Positions 10,118 through 22,765 of a DNA stretch of 64,000 nt are shown here, piece by piece. A model generated the notes under the pieces. It was not told the origin of the DNA, did not search any database, and saw only the letters and a list, made by a program, of their open reading frames with translations. The position numbers were made by a program, and so were the translations under genes. Within the stretch, counting starts at the first letter, position 1; each line of letters starts with the position of its first letter. Origin of the DNA: Felis catus (taxonomy: Eukaryota); contig NC_058373.1 in NCBI RefSeq assembly GCF_018350175.1, forward strand, positions 113,772,001 to 113,836,000. Direction: 5' to 3'.

Positions 10118-13100
10118 ATATATATAAGACCAATGTCTTGCTTAATAGGGAACACCAAATGCATTGCCATAAGGTCATTAAGACAACTAGCAGAGAACTC
10201 AGAGGTCACACAACTGTGACATTTCTGTTCTTTGAGGCCTTATAAGAGTGTTTCCTAAGGTAAAACAGTGGAGTAGCTCCTTGATGTCCATTAGTTTGCA
10301 AATAGTTTTTGTTCATCTTAAATAATCAATAGCCCTTGCAGTTAATAATAATAAAAAAGAAGACAGGTTTTCTTGCTCTCATTTTAATGCTGAGATAAAG
10401 GTACAATTGAAAGAGATTATGTAACTTTCTCAAGTTCTCATGACAAACAGGCGACAAAGCAAAATTTTCCCACAGAATGTCATTATGGATGAGAGTTATA
10501 CCCTTATTTAAAATATTATGTCAGTGAGCTGTCAGCTTTATGGAGCCCTCATGCCAGCAGTAACATTACTGAGCCCTATTCTAGGCATACAGCAAAGAGG
10601 TCTGAAAACTGGATAGGGCTCCAACATTAATTTATATAGCATTCAAAACAAAATTAATGTCGAGTCAGGCAAGTGGAACTGCAGAATTTAAGAAGGGGAG
10701 AAATGAACTGTCTGTGTTCACTTCTTTTTTTTATCCTCTCATTTTCTTTCGTTGATGTTCTTCTCAGATGCCAGAGACCGGTCATGGTTGCCAGATGACT
10801 GGGCTCTGCTGGCTCATCCAGAGGCTGTGGCAATGCTTGTTTCCATGAGAGCTGGAAGAAAAGATGCAATGGAAAAAGCACATGCAGTCGTTGGTCGGTA
10901 GCTGACTGTGTGATTCTCAGTGCCCTCTGTTCCGCTAAATGTGGACTGAGTCTGATAACTCTTAGAACTGGGGCTTGATGAATACAAGTCACAGAGCATG
11001 CAGGCTGAGCGAAAATGTGAGCAGTGGCGGTGCACTTTGGTTAAAGGGCGCATACCCAGGTCTGTAGGGATAATCTGTACAGTTTGGATTTAGTCAACTT
11101 GATTACTAAGAGGATCGGATATGCCTGGGGAAAGTCAAAAATGCCTCACTTCTGGAGAGATTGGAACCATTTACATATTTGAGGGATTTATTTTTAAAGG
11201 TTAACCTCTTTTTGGATGATGAGACAGTCGATCTTAAATATCACATAATCTGCCATGAAATTTGATGGTAGTCTCTGTTCTTAGAACTGTGGTTCCATCA
11301 AAGCCCATTCTTTGGTGTCATTTGCAAGTGTAATAAATAGAATAAGGCACCATGATACTCTAGGATCATATGTAAAGAGTCTATAAAAGTTACTGAAATA
11401 ATACCTGTGAAGTCAAAGCAAGACACGCCCATATCTGATCTTCATAATGACTATCAGTATTTATGTTGACGCACACTCTATCTCATTCAACGTGGTGTTC
11501 CCCCGTGACTTCTCAGGTGCTAGATCTGATGTGAATAACTTGGCTGCATAACTGTAATGGAGATTGAATTCATACATCTATGTCTTTGAGCGATGCAGTT
11601 TCTTTGGGCTGATGATAATACTGTTATTTTCCTGTAGTAGCCCCCAGATCATCATTCTTTCTATTAGCTTTTAAATATTCATACTTAGCTTTTAGTTAGC
11701 ATGGCCTAATTTCTTGACCACTTTCACTACTTTGGTTCTATTGTTGTGCATATAATTTTTCTGGGGCAGCCATTTAACTCTTATGTGTGCCAGAAAGCAA
11801 CTCACACTGAGCAGTTGCAAAATTCCTTTCCTTCTTTATGGATTATTCTGTATTCAAGTCTTCCAGTCCCAAATCACTGTCAGCAAAGATTAGAAGCAGC
11901 AGTCAGGAGTGTTCCACTCCTTTGAACAACTGTATCAAACTCGACCTACCTCTCCACCCCACAAATGGGTTTTACATGTGCCATTCTGGTCAGTATGAGA
12001 TTGCTGCTGGTCTGAACAAGAGGCTGCACAAGGCCTTTCCTGACAGCAGAGGTGCCTTTTACTTCCCTTGTGCCTCTGCTGCAGCAGCTGCTCCATACCC
12101 AGCAGTGAACAGCTTGTTTTCCAATCAAAATGGATTCTTTTGCAACTCGACCTTTTTTGGAAATTAGGTACACTTTCCAACGTATATGTTTTGAGGCCCT
12201 GGGGTATTTGAACCATTTCCTAGTCTACTTTCCCAGACATAAAAGATACCATGTGTGAAATGTGTGGAATGAGAATGTCAAGGTGTTTGGGTGGATTCAA
12301 ATATATTTGCTTATTGCAGTTTCTCTATCAAGGCTTTAAAGGAAGAGAAAGTCTAAAAGCACCTCTTCAGAACTGAAATCATTTATGTCTGCTGGTATAA
12401 ATAGAACCTTCCAGAGTATAAGCCAATGAGCCACCTCAAATACCACCTTCTTTGTGAAGCCTTCTTCAATGCCTTGTGCAAAGAAAAGTCTTCCCTGCTC
12501 TGCTCTTTCAAAGCACTTTCCACTCCCATAAAAGCACTTATCATAAATCTCAATCTGCCTCTGAAATATTTGTTCACTTCTCTCCACATCTACCTCTGAA
12601 GTTAAGGTAGAGATTTTGTCTTATTCCTTTTTGCACCCTCTCCCTTGAATGTAGCCATAGATCAAGCACATACCTCAGTCCACCTACTTTCTTCCAATAA
12701 GAAGGTCTTTTCACTTCCTCATCTCTGCTAGGATTATTTACACATTATTCCAATGACTTGTTGTTATAGTTGTTTCTACTATTAGATGCAGATTTCTCCA
12801 TGCAGATTCCATGGAGACATGACTTGCCCTCCATCTGTATTTCCTCAGGGCCTACCATAATTCTGGGACACAGAGAGTATTCATTACATTTCTACTGAAT
12901 GAATATTGAACTTATACAGGGAACGGTGGCCTTGAGTTGTATGAACAGGAGGAAAAAAGGGGGCCCGTTTTCTAAGGTTAGTTGCACTGCATAATAATAG
13001 GAGGCATAAATGACAATTGCACATTACAACACATATACATGCCTTAGTGCTTTTCATCCTTGGAGAACCATAAGTACCAAAGAAGTATTCTGCTTACGTT

Positions 13101-13909
13101 CATATCATCATGACAGGAAGAATATGTTGCTTTCAACTATTACTTTAACACCTAGAGATGGTGATTTATCATCTGTTACAAGGTTAAATAGAACTGATTG
13201 TTGTCCTTTCCTTTGATCTATAATCAGATTTAGATTTGAATTTTTGAGCTTTCATTGTATCTATTGATAGAATTGCCTATTAATTAGTCTGGCTATCCCA
13301 GGCATATAAGCTCCTTGAGTATAGGTACGAGGCTGCTTATTCCCAGGTTGCTAGCATAAAGCTTGGAGAGTATGGTAGATGATCAACGAATATCTATTGA
13401 ACTGAATGTAAAAATGAATGTATGACTCAATTTAAAAAACCTAAACAAATTCTTTATCTTAACTTTAAAGTGAAAATTCTTTTTACTGCTGGTAAATCAC
13501 TTGGTAGAATCACTGGGACCAAAGACTATTAAGAGAAATGTTGAAACCTTGCAAAAATGGTTTTATTTGCAAGTTAGAATATGGGCCTGGTATTGGTTGT
13601 TCCCAGATTCTTCCTTTAGAAGATTAAACATAATTCCATTAGAAGTTTAATCCTATTTGTTTCCCACTCTCTGTTTTAGATTCTTACTCAGAGAAATAAA
13701 CTTTTAGAAAAGGTAATCTGAGGAAATATAATTAGATCACAAGAGTCAAGTTTTTCAGCAATCAAATTTTCTGTAATTTCCAGATTGAATATGGCAGACG
13801 TACAGGTTTCATTAATAAAGGGCTTATAGATCCTGCTCTATATCTCTATTCTCACATGAAATGAACCTGATATTAAATATACAGCTCTTAGTAAGTTATT
13901 CCCTTACTC

Positions 13910-14122
13910 TTTAAAAGAATTTTTTTGATCTAAAAATGTTTATTTATTTTGCGAGAGAAAGAGAGAGTGTGAGCAGGGGAGGGGCAGAGAGAGAATCCCA
14001 AGCAGGCTCTACTCTGTCTGCACAGAGCCTGACATGGGGCCCGATCTCATGAACGATGAGATCATGACCTGAGCCGAAATCAAGAGCTGGATGCTTAACC
14101 AGCTGAGCCACCCAGGCACCCC
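13910..14122 (-). mobile_element. Can-SINE (older type with gaaatcaagag segment)
   Basis: SINE head and tail; TSD ttcccttactc at 13899-13909 and 14125-14135. Confidence 0.93.
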
Positions 14123-15045
14123 TGTTCCCTTACTCATAAAGTGGCATTGAGTAATTTTAATTTAAACCTTCAACTTAGTTTTGGTTACCCTCTAATTTTG
14201 AAAATTAGTATGTCATTGAAATTAATTTTTCTTTAATCCCAAAGATAACTTCCTAGAGATGGAAAGGTATCTAATCTTTTCTACTTCTTCTGAGATACTC
14301 TATAAACCAGGCCACTTGCAACGTCATTTGCTACTTTATATCTTTTCTTTTATCATCCAGGGCATTAGTCTTGAATCTAGAAGGAGCGCACTATGAATGA
14401 GACAGCTACACAATGATTTAGCTGCTGGAGACGTTACAGATCATTCATTTTAAGTTCTTCATTTTACAGATGAGGAAAGAGGCTTTGAGATTTTAGCTGA
14501 CTTGCTTAAGATTATACAGCTGCTCCATGGTAGAGCCTAAACTGGAATCTCAGTCTTTTGACAGCTTGCCCAAGATTCTTTCTACTATGCCTTATGCATT
14601 TTCTTTATCCAGTGAGCCAAGATGCTTACTTCTAGTCTGAAAATGACTATCAGACTTGTATGAATTGAGCATTTTGGGTAGCAACACACAGGCAACATTA
14701 AAGGCTTAAGTACATTACATTATTCTTTACTAGAGAGTTAGACATTAGGTACAGTGTAGACACCATAGGGGAACAACAATGAGATGGCTTATTTAGTGAG
14801 GGAAGTAAGGCTTTTCCTTAGAGTGTTAAACTAGGAATCAAGTACTGGATCACTGTGGGTATTTACACAATCGTCTTAGAGTATAATGCCAAAGCAAAAA
14901 AGATGACTGGAGAACTAGACAGCGTGAATTCCATCCCGAAGAAAGAGTATATCAGTTAGAAAATATGCTGGTAAGCTAATGAAGCATAGACAAGGTCAAA
15001 TCACAAGGTGAAAGTTGCCTGTGCCTACTTAAGCATCCTGTACTT

Positions 15046-15207
15046 CAGTAATTCTCAAATTTTAGTGTGCTTCCACTGGAAGGCTTGTTAAAATACAGAT
15101 TGGTAGGCTCTACCCCTCCAAAGTCTTGTGGCCCAAGAAATTACATTTCTAACAAGTTTTTGGATAATACTGATGCTGGTTGGGGAAATACATTTTGAGA
15201 ATCACTG
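15046..15207. mobile_element. MER5A-like hAT-Charlie MITE
   Basis: TIRs cagtaattctcaaa / tttgagaatcactg; internal cttgttaaaatacagatt and catttctaacaag motifs. Confidence 0.8.
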
Positions 15208-15216
15208 GTCTATTGG

Positions 15217-15530
15217 TATATTTGTTTTCTATTGCTGTATAACAAATTAATGAACTGTTAACAAATTTGGCAGCCTAAAATAACATGTCTATTAGCTCAC
15301 AGTTCTGTAGGCCAGAAATCCACGACAGCCTGGCTGAGTTCTCTATTTAAACTGAAATGAAGGTGTTGGCTGGCAAAATTCTCATCTGGAGCTCAGGGTC
15401 TTTTTTCATTCCTGTTATTGGCAGAATTCATTCCCTTGCAGCTATAGGACTGAAATCCTGTTCTCTTGCTATTAATGCTAGCAAGAGTTGGGGACTGCTC
15501 TTAGCTCCTGGAGGTCACCCTCAGGTCCAT
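15217..15530 (-). mobile_element. MaLR (MLT1-type) LTR fragment
   Basis: ttctattgctgtataacaaatta...attagctcacagttctgtaggccagaaatcc is a typical MLT1 terminus. Confidence 0.7.
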
Positions 15531-16639
15531 AGTGACTGCCTTGAAGGGAGAAAACATGGTAGTCTGGCTGACCCAAGTGTTCCTGGTCTATGTGGTAATT
15601 GAATTTCTCTTGGAAGATTAGTAGATTAGTATTTTGATTATATACCTCAGCTCCTGTGACCTTGGTTAATGTGGATCTCCTTTTAGTATATGGTCCCAGT
15701 CTTGCTGACGTTAATAGATCCAGTTTTGAGATTGATTTGCTGTGATTCAGATTATGGGTGAAGAAAAACTCACCAAAATGAAAACCACTGTTGGGGACAG
15801 ACTGGCAGCCAGCCTGCCCTCCTAGGCATCATCCCCTCTATTACTTTACAGCAGTACTTGTTCCTCAAACTTCTCCTTATGAGCATATCCCAGATTAACA
15901 ACCACAATTAGAATTAAAATAGAAAAGTTCCCAGAAATTCAAACAAAATGTCCAATGATTTTTCCTTAGCCAGTATCTCCCCAAACTCTCTTTGTGTGGG
16001 AATTGATTCTCTTACTAAAGCCTTGAGATGAGTTTCTGACCTGAAGTGGATAGAAAGGGTGACACAGTGGCAGCTTCAGTTCTCTTCCTGAAGGAATTCC
16101 TGTGGTCATCAAGGAGCAGTGCATTGCAGTTACAAATGGTTAAGGGTTAACAAATAAGGCTTTGTGATCTACTGGTCTTCAATAACTGGTCTGTATGCCT
16201 GATTGTGTATGTGTGTGTTTTACTTCTATTTACCTAATTTTGTTTCTTCATCCCCTAAGAAAGGTCTGGCTTTGTTTGTTTGAGTATCAATGGCCTGGAA
16301 GTCCTTTTATACAAATTTAATTAGATGACTTTTTTTTATATAACCCAAATATCCAAATATAGAATTCTTAAATTCCTTTAATAAAGATTGGTAATCAGGA
16401 TTATTCTTAGTTCATTCCTTTGTCAGATCAGGATAGTCTCACATCGTCAGAGAATAAAACTCAGTCTCTATTTCAGTTCATTCCTAAAGTCAGTGACAGC
16501 CATAATCAGAACACTAGTTATTTTATAGTAAATCTTTGTAGACTAAACTAAAATGAACAACATAAATCCAACACACTGAAATGTTATGTAGATTTTGAAA
16601 AGTCAACTATATATTGTAGGGCAGGAAATATTTAATTTT

Positions 16640-18250
16640 ATAGAAGTTAACATGACGAAGACTTCGAATTGTAGTTGCCTACAAACTCAAAACTGGCCCT
16701 CATTTTCATACACTGTGATATGGGCTTTGTAGCTGTGTTAACATAAGCACATGCCCGTATTATTTTTATCTCTGTTCTGCTCAGACCACCTTTTGTTTGA
16801 CTATTCAGAAAGATTTTGATAAATGAAATTACTTAGGAGGGATCAATCAGATTAGAGACTGCAAGTCAAGTCACATGAATTAGTACAGTTCAACAAACTG
16901 GAATTACTTAGTCTGAAAAAGAACTTTTGGGGTATGTTTAATTTAGGACCCTCTGCATAAACTAGTGAAACAAATAACATATCTGATTAGAAGAGTATCA
17001 GAGCAGCTTAAAGAGTCATCAAGAGAAGGTTGAAGAATCAAGCTTAGGAAGGATAGGGGCCAGAGCAGCTCAAGAGGTTTCAGTAACCCTGGTGGTCATA
17101 TTCTTCATGGCTTCACTGCCTGAGTGATCATGCTTCAACAACTTCCAGCATTTTTGTCAAGATTTAAGACTAGGGAGTCTGACTTGGACCATATGCTCAC
17201 TCTTTGGTTAGTGGAAGGTAAGACACCTTGCCTCACAGTCCTGCCAGGCTATGTTCAATAGGGTAAAGGTGATTTTCCCCACAGAATTGGGGTGGTGGTT
17301 TTAAAATAGTAGGGGAATGCATGTTGTACAGCCAAAAAGTAGTGGATGTTTACAACGGGTTATGTGATCACGATCTTTTCATCTTTGGAAAAGAGGTGAG
17401 ACTTGATATGGATGTATGGCAGTGGGTAGAATGCGAAGGGGAGCTTACTGTCTTTCAACTTGAGGAAGAACATTGTAAACAATTAGAGCTGTGAACCAGC
17501 TTCATTGTGAGGTTATGGACCTCCCATTTTTATGAGAATTCTTTTGGTTGCATGTGGCAGAAATTTGACTTGCACTAGCTTGGTAAAAAGAGAAAATGAT
17601 TAGAAAAATACTAGGAGTATTTCATGTGAACAAAGAAAGGATTGACCAGCTAAACTGTGGGAAGGGCAGACATCCCACCGGGCCCCAGAAACAATTAGAA
17701 CCAGAGACCTAAACGCAGCTGGCCCTATTTCTCTTTCTCTCAACTCCTCTTCTGTATATTGGCTTTATTTTCTCTCTCTGTAGACTCTTTGTCATGTACA
17801 TGACATGAAACATGTTTGCTAAGAGTGTCTGCTTTTCTTATCTCACAACACTGCAGAGAAACTCTCTTTATCACATTTAGTGAGAAAAATCTTGGGAAAG
17901 GCTCTGGTCCAGTTTGGATCAGGTGTCCAACTCTGGACAAATCAACCAAGGCTATGGGTCAGGACACTGTCTGACTCAGGTGCCTTCTCTGAACTAAACT
18001 AGGGTATGGGGAAAAGTTGGCTCTTGGTAGAACCACAGTTGAGAAAAGCAGTTCACAGAAAAAGAGGGATGTGTTTGTCAGAGGGGAATGTGGTGGATGG
18101 GCAAAACAATTAATGTCCATTACTTTGTCACTATATGTGTTCAAAGGTTAGATTAGTCAGAGATATTACAGAAAGGATTTTCATGTTGGTGGGAATTTCA
18201 ACTGGAAGACCCCTAAGTTCTTCCCAACTTGGAGATGCAAAGATTCTACC
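16640..18250 (+). mobile_element. Probable L3/CR1 3' relic interrupted by two old MLT1-type LTRs (~16940-17350 and ~17530-18125)
   Basis: L3-like pieces (acaattagagctgt...tgtgaggttatggacctccc | gtcactatatgtgttcaa...aagttcttcccaact...gattct) flank LTR-like inserts such as ttggttgcatgtggcagaaa...aatgtccattac. Recognised from memory of consensus only. Confidence 0.5.
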
Positions 18251-18425
18251 TGCTTTCTAGGTAAGGCAGTCACATACTGGTTTTCAGTTATATTTGACAT
18301 TTTCTTTTTCCTGTGTATTTCAACTCACGGATTACTCCGGTTGGAAACCAGGGGATATTTACACACATATATTTTTGAGTTTGAGAAAGGAAGAAAATAT
18401 TTTTTTATTTAAAAGTCAATGTCCA

Positions 18426-18602
18426 GGGGCATCTGGTTGGCTTGGTGGGTTAAGCGTCCAACTCTTGATATCAGCTCAGGTCATGATCTGCATTGACAGC
18501 ATGGAGCCTGCTTGGGATTTTCTCTCTCCCTCTCTCTCTGCCCCTCCCCTGCTCATGCTCCTTCCCCACTCCCCTCTCAAAAAATAAATAAAGTTAAAAA
18601 AA
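18426..18602 (+). mobile_element. Can-SINE with internal deletion
   Basis: ggggcatctggttggct head, B-box region missing after tcatgatct, CT tract, aataaataaa; aatgtcca occurs on both sides. Confidence 0.9.
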
Positions 18603-18739
18603 AAATGTCCACTGTGGGAGAAGTCATACATACTTTAAAAAAAAAAAAAAGGAACTAAGGACTTAAAATCACATAGATTACCTTCAAAAGGATAGAACAC
18701 TCAAATCTGAATGATTTGTTTTAAGAGGATTAAAAAAAA

Positions 18740-19545
18740 CTTTTAGTTTGAAATAATTATAGATTCACAGGAAGGTACAAAGAAATGTCTAGGGAGTATT
18801 ATTCAAATTATTCAGCATAATTTCCTTAAGGTTCATCCAAGTTGTTGTGTGGATATAGAATTCATTCCTTTTTAATGCTGAGTATTATTCTGTGGTATGG
18901 ATGTACCTACCATACCCTTTTAAGGATATTTGGTGGTTTCCAGTTTGGCGCTATTATGAAAAAGCTGCTGTGACATTCCTGTACAAGTTTCTAAATGAAA
19001 ATAAGTTTTCATTTCTCTCGTATATGTGCCTAAGAGTGCAATTCTGGCTTGTGTGATGGATTATTTTTGGTTTTAAAAGGTACTGTCAAACTGTTTTCAG
19101 AGTGGCTATTCCATTGTACATTTCCACCAGTAGTGTATGAGTAATCTAATTTTTGCATTCTCTAGTATTTGGTGTTACACAAATTTTCATTTTAGCCTTT
19201 TTGATAGCTGTGTAGTGATATTTCATTTTTATTTTAATTTACATTTCTCTAATGGCTAATGATATCGAACATCTTTTGATGTGCTTGCTTGCTGTCTGTG
19301 TGTCTCCTTTGGTGAAGTGTCCATGCATATCTTTGTGTTCATTTTCTAATTGGATTTTTCATTTTTTTAATGTTGAGTTTTGAGAGTTCTCTTCATAGCC
19401 TAGATATGAATCCATTGTTGGGTATGTGGTTTACAAATATTTTCTCCCAGATTGTCAATTGGTTTTTTAAATCTGCAAAAAACAAACAAACAAAAAACCA
19501 TGTTTTTTTGCAGAGCACAAGTTTGAAATTGTGATGAAGATGATT
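18740..19545 (-). mobile_element. Old L1 (L1MB/L1MC-like) 3' fragment
   Basis: Antisense L1 motifs gttcatccaagttgttg, ccagtttggcgctattatgaaaaagctgctg, ctaatggctaatgatatcgaacatcttt. Confidence 0.85.
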
Positions 19546-21293
19546 CTCTTTTTATATATTTATGATTGATCTAAAGAATTTTAAATTGCCAAATTACCTC
19601 TTCCTCCTCAGCTCAGACTTGGTTACATTTAAGATGAATAAAATCATGCAGTATGCAGTGTTCAAGAATAGTGGAATGCCTGTGTGTTTGGCTCTATTCT
19701 AGTACCAATTCTCCTCTTCAGCAGTGTTTTAATTAATGAAGAAAAATTCAGCTCTTTTAAGGAGGTAGCTTCATTCTGAGATTCAGCAAGATTTCATTAC
19801 AGGTTCTACTTGTACCATGGACTCTTGCAGATAAAGATACCTTACAACACTAATATTACTAACATTTTCCTCTCTGCACAATCCTGCACATCCCAGAAAG
19901 TGCAGGAACATTCCATGTTGCTTTGTTTATACACATTTAGCCTTTTGCTTCTCCTTTGGCAGTCCATTTGTTCATTGCACAAATACTGCACACCTACCAG
20001 TGTAACAGGATTGTGCTAATAAGTTCAGGATTATAATGGGGACAGGATAGGCATAGGTGCTGGCTTCATGGAGTTTACATTTTCATTCTTGTCTTATCAT
20101 TATAGACTTATGCTGCCTGTGAATGTTTCACTGATTCAATTAAATATCCTCATTTCCTATCTCCTGTTAAAGAATCTTTCTCATTCGTCCAAAATGCAGC
20201 ATGTCCAAATCTCAGTGAATGGTTTTAATGCTTTGGGAGTGGCTGCATTCCATTAAAATGAAAACCAAGCCAAACAAGTAATACTTACAAGCATGCACAT
20301 GAGAATATGTTATGAGGAGGAAAATCCTCATATTTAGCTACTTTCTTGCCAACTGGGGAAATTTTTGGCAGAGCCGTAAGTTACCTTAAGAGTGATTGAG
20401 TCTTCTAAATATGAGATCTCAAAGGCTTCCATTCACCTTATTCTATAGAATGAAGCCCAGCCATTTGAATTAACTAGTTAATCAAACACCATATGCATAG
20501 TCCATGTTTTTCAAAATATTGGTCTTATATTATTTATAAAAACTGATTCCATGTTGGTTTTATGGTATAAATTAGGCACTTTCCCTATCTGTAAATTGGC
20601 TGAACTATTTGTAGTCTGGCTGAAATGTAACTTGCCCAAACATACGGAAAATTCTAAAATACAATCTAAACTATGTTAGTTAGAAATCAAAGTTAGTTAA
20701 GAAACATCCTGAGGTGAAAATTTAATTTTGAGTTAAATTCTTTGTTATCTAATAGCCTTTAAATTTTTGTTGTTGTTGTGAATAGGTTTGCGTGTGATAG
20801 TTTGCAGACAGGTCAGCCAGATTTCTAAAAGTTTATAATGTAACAAACACATACTATTTTCTCTGTACTGGGCATGTCTTATGTTCTTCACAAATATTAA
20901 CTAACTTGTCATAATAAACCTAAAAAATAGATAATATTATTAGCCTCATTGTATATAGATGGTAGAACTGAGGCACAGAATGGCTATTATACCCCAAAGC
21001 CCCAAAGTTAGTTGATAAGTAGCAGAGCCAGGCAGGATTCAAAAATCAGTCTATCTGGCTCTTTGAGGCTATGCTCTTAACCACTACACAATGGTCCCAT
21101 ATTGTGGTTAATCAAGTGCTTTTCCACAAAACACTACAAAGACATTGAACTGAGATCTTCCCATAATTGAGAAAGCAGCATGGAAAAGGAAATAATATAT
21201 GGAAGTTTTTGGTAGGAGGAAAATTGGACCTTGAGTCAGAAGATTTGAGTTCTGGCATTGCCAGTATAAGCTTGGTAACTTTGGGGAGGTAAC

Positions 21294-21756
21294 TATATTT
21301 CCTATTGCTACTATCAGAAATTACCACAAATTTAGTGGCATAAAACACCAATTTATTCTCTTACATTTTTGGAGGTGAGAAGTTTAAAGTCTAGGTGTTG
21401 GCAGGGCTGCCTTCTGGAAGCTTCAGGGGAGAATCCGTTTCTTTGCCTTTTCCACCTTCTGGAGGTCGCCTGCATTCATTGGCTCATTGTCCCTTCTAGC
21501 ACCTTCAAAGTACATCACTCTAATCACTGGTTCCTTTGTTACATCTTCTTTTCCTTTCTTTTATCCTTGGTGCTCTTTTATAAGGTCCTTGTAACTACAG
21601 TGGGCTCACCAGATAATTCAAGATAGTTTCCCCATCTCAAAATCCTTAATTTAAACACATATGCAAAATCCCTTTTGCCATGTAAGATAACATATGCATA
21701 GGTCCTAAGGATTAGGACATGGGCATCTCTGGAGGGCCACCGTTCTGTCTACCACA
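21294..21756 (-). mobile_element. MLT1C/D-like solo LTR inserted in a MIR
   Basis: aaattaccacaaatttagtggc...gattaggacatgggcatct...tctgtctaccaca; approximate 5-bp TSD gtaac (21289-21293) / gttac (21757-21761); MIR-like sequence continues on both sides. Confidence 0.85.
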
Positions 21757-22571
21757 GTTACTTTATTTCTGTGGACCTTATCTAATCCACTGATAGTGCT
21801 ATCTATCAGAAATAGAGGTTTCACTGTTGAAATTTTTTTTGCAAATGTAAAATATTTTTCATATTTTTCATATTGCATTTTTTTCATATTTTCATATTGC
21901 ATTATTTCATATTTTTCATATTTCATTTTAAACTAAGAGTTTTCAGTTGAAAAAGTGATATGGTAAAAAGTTTCTTTCTCCCTTTGTTATTTTTAAGATG
22001 TTCAGATCTATGAGAGGCTACATTGTTGTAGCCAAATTTGAGACCTACAGTCCTTGCAGATTTTTAGCAATACATTGAATGACTAGAACCTTTTTATTGA
22101 AGAGCAATACTAAAATATAAATAAAGCTCTGGATGTAAGTTAGGTTGCATCTGGATGTAAGTTACAAAAACTTCAAGAACTTCAAATGACTTAAACAGTA
22201 AGGACATTTGTTATCTGGTTATTTCACATAATGAGGATACTAAGTCGGTAACAGTTTAATACTAGCTTAGTGATTTCATTAAGAACTCATATTCCTTTCA
22301 TTGCTCTCCTGTGCCATCTTTGCTCTTAGACTGGCTCCCTCAGGTTCACAAGAGGGCTGCAGTATTTCCATCATATTCTAAACCAATATTATGGAAAGAC
22401 AGAAGAAAGACCATCTCTTGTGAGGCTTTGTTTTTTAGGAATAAGGAAACCTTTCCCAAAAGCCATTTGACAGACTTCCTGGTTTTATTGACAGAATTCT
22501 GTTACATGCCCATTTAAAAATCAGTTGAAGGCAAAGTGAGTCGGATAACCTACCATGTTTAACTAGATCCC

Positions 22572-22765
22572 ATAGTGTCCAATAGGACTTTCTTTAGTGA
22601 TGGAAAAGTTCTGTATCTGTGCTTCCAATACAGTAGCTGTTAGCCACATGTGGCAATTCTTGAGCACTTGAAATGTGCCTAGTGCAATTACAGAGCTGAG
22701 TTTTTGGAATTAATTTAAATTTAAATGATCATATATGGCCAGTGGATACCACATTTGGCCACATA
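22572..22765. mobile_element. MER3-like hAT-Charlie element
   Basis: gtccaataggactttc...gatggaaaagttctgtatctgtg...tagccacatgtggc...gagcacttgaaatgtg. Confidence 0.8.

Noticed and set aside
9954..10245. HTHTHT / VCVCVC ORFs (also at 5630-5938 and 56686-57001)
   Set aside because: Read-through of (CA)n/(TG)n microsatellites.
21845..21930. tttttcatat-type repeats giving a KYEKYE ORF
   Set aside because: Low-complexity AT-rich simple repeat.
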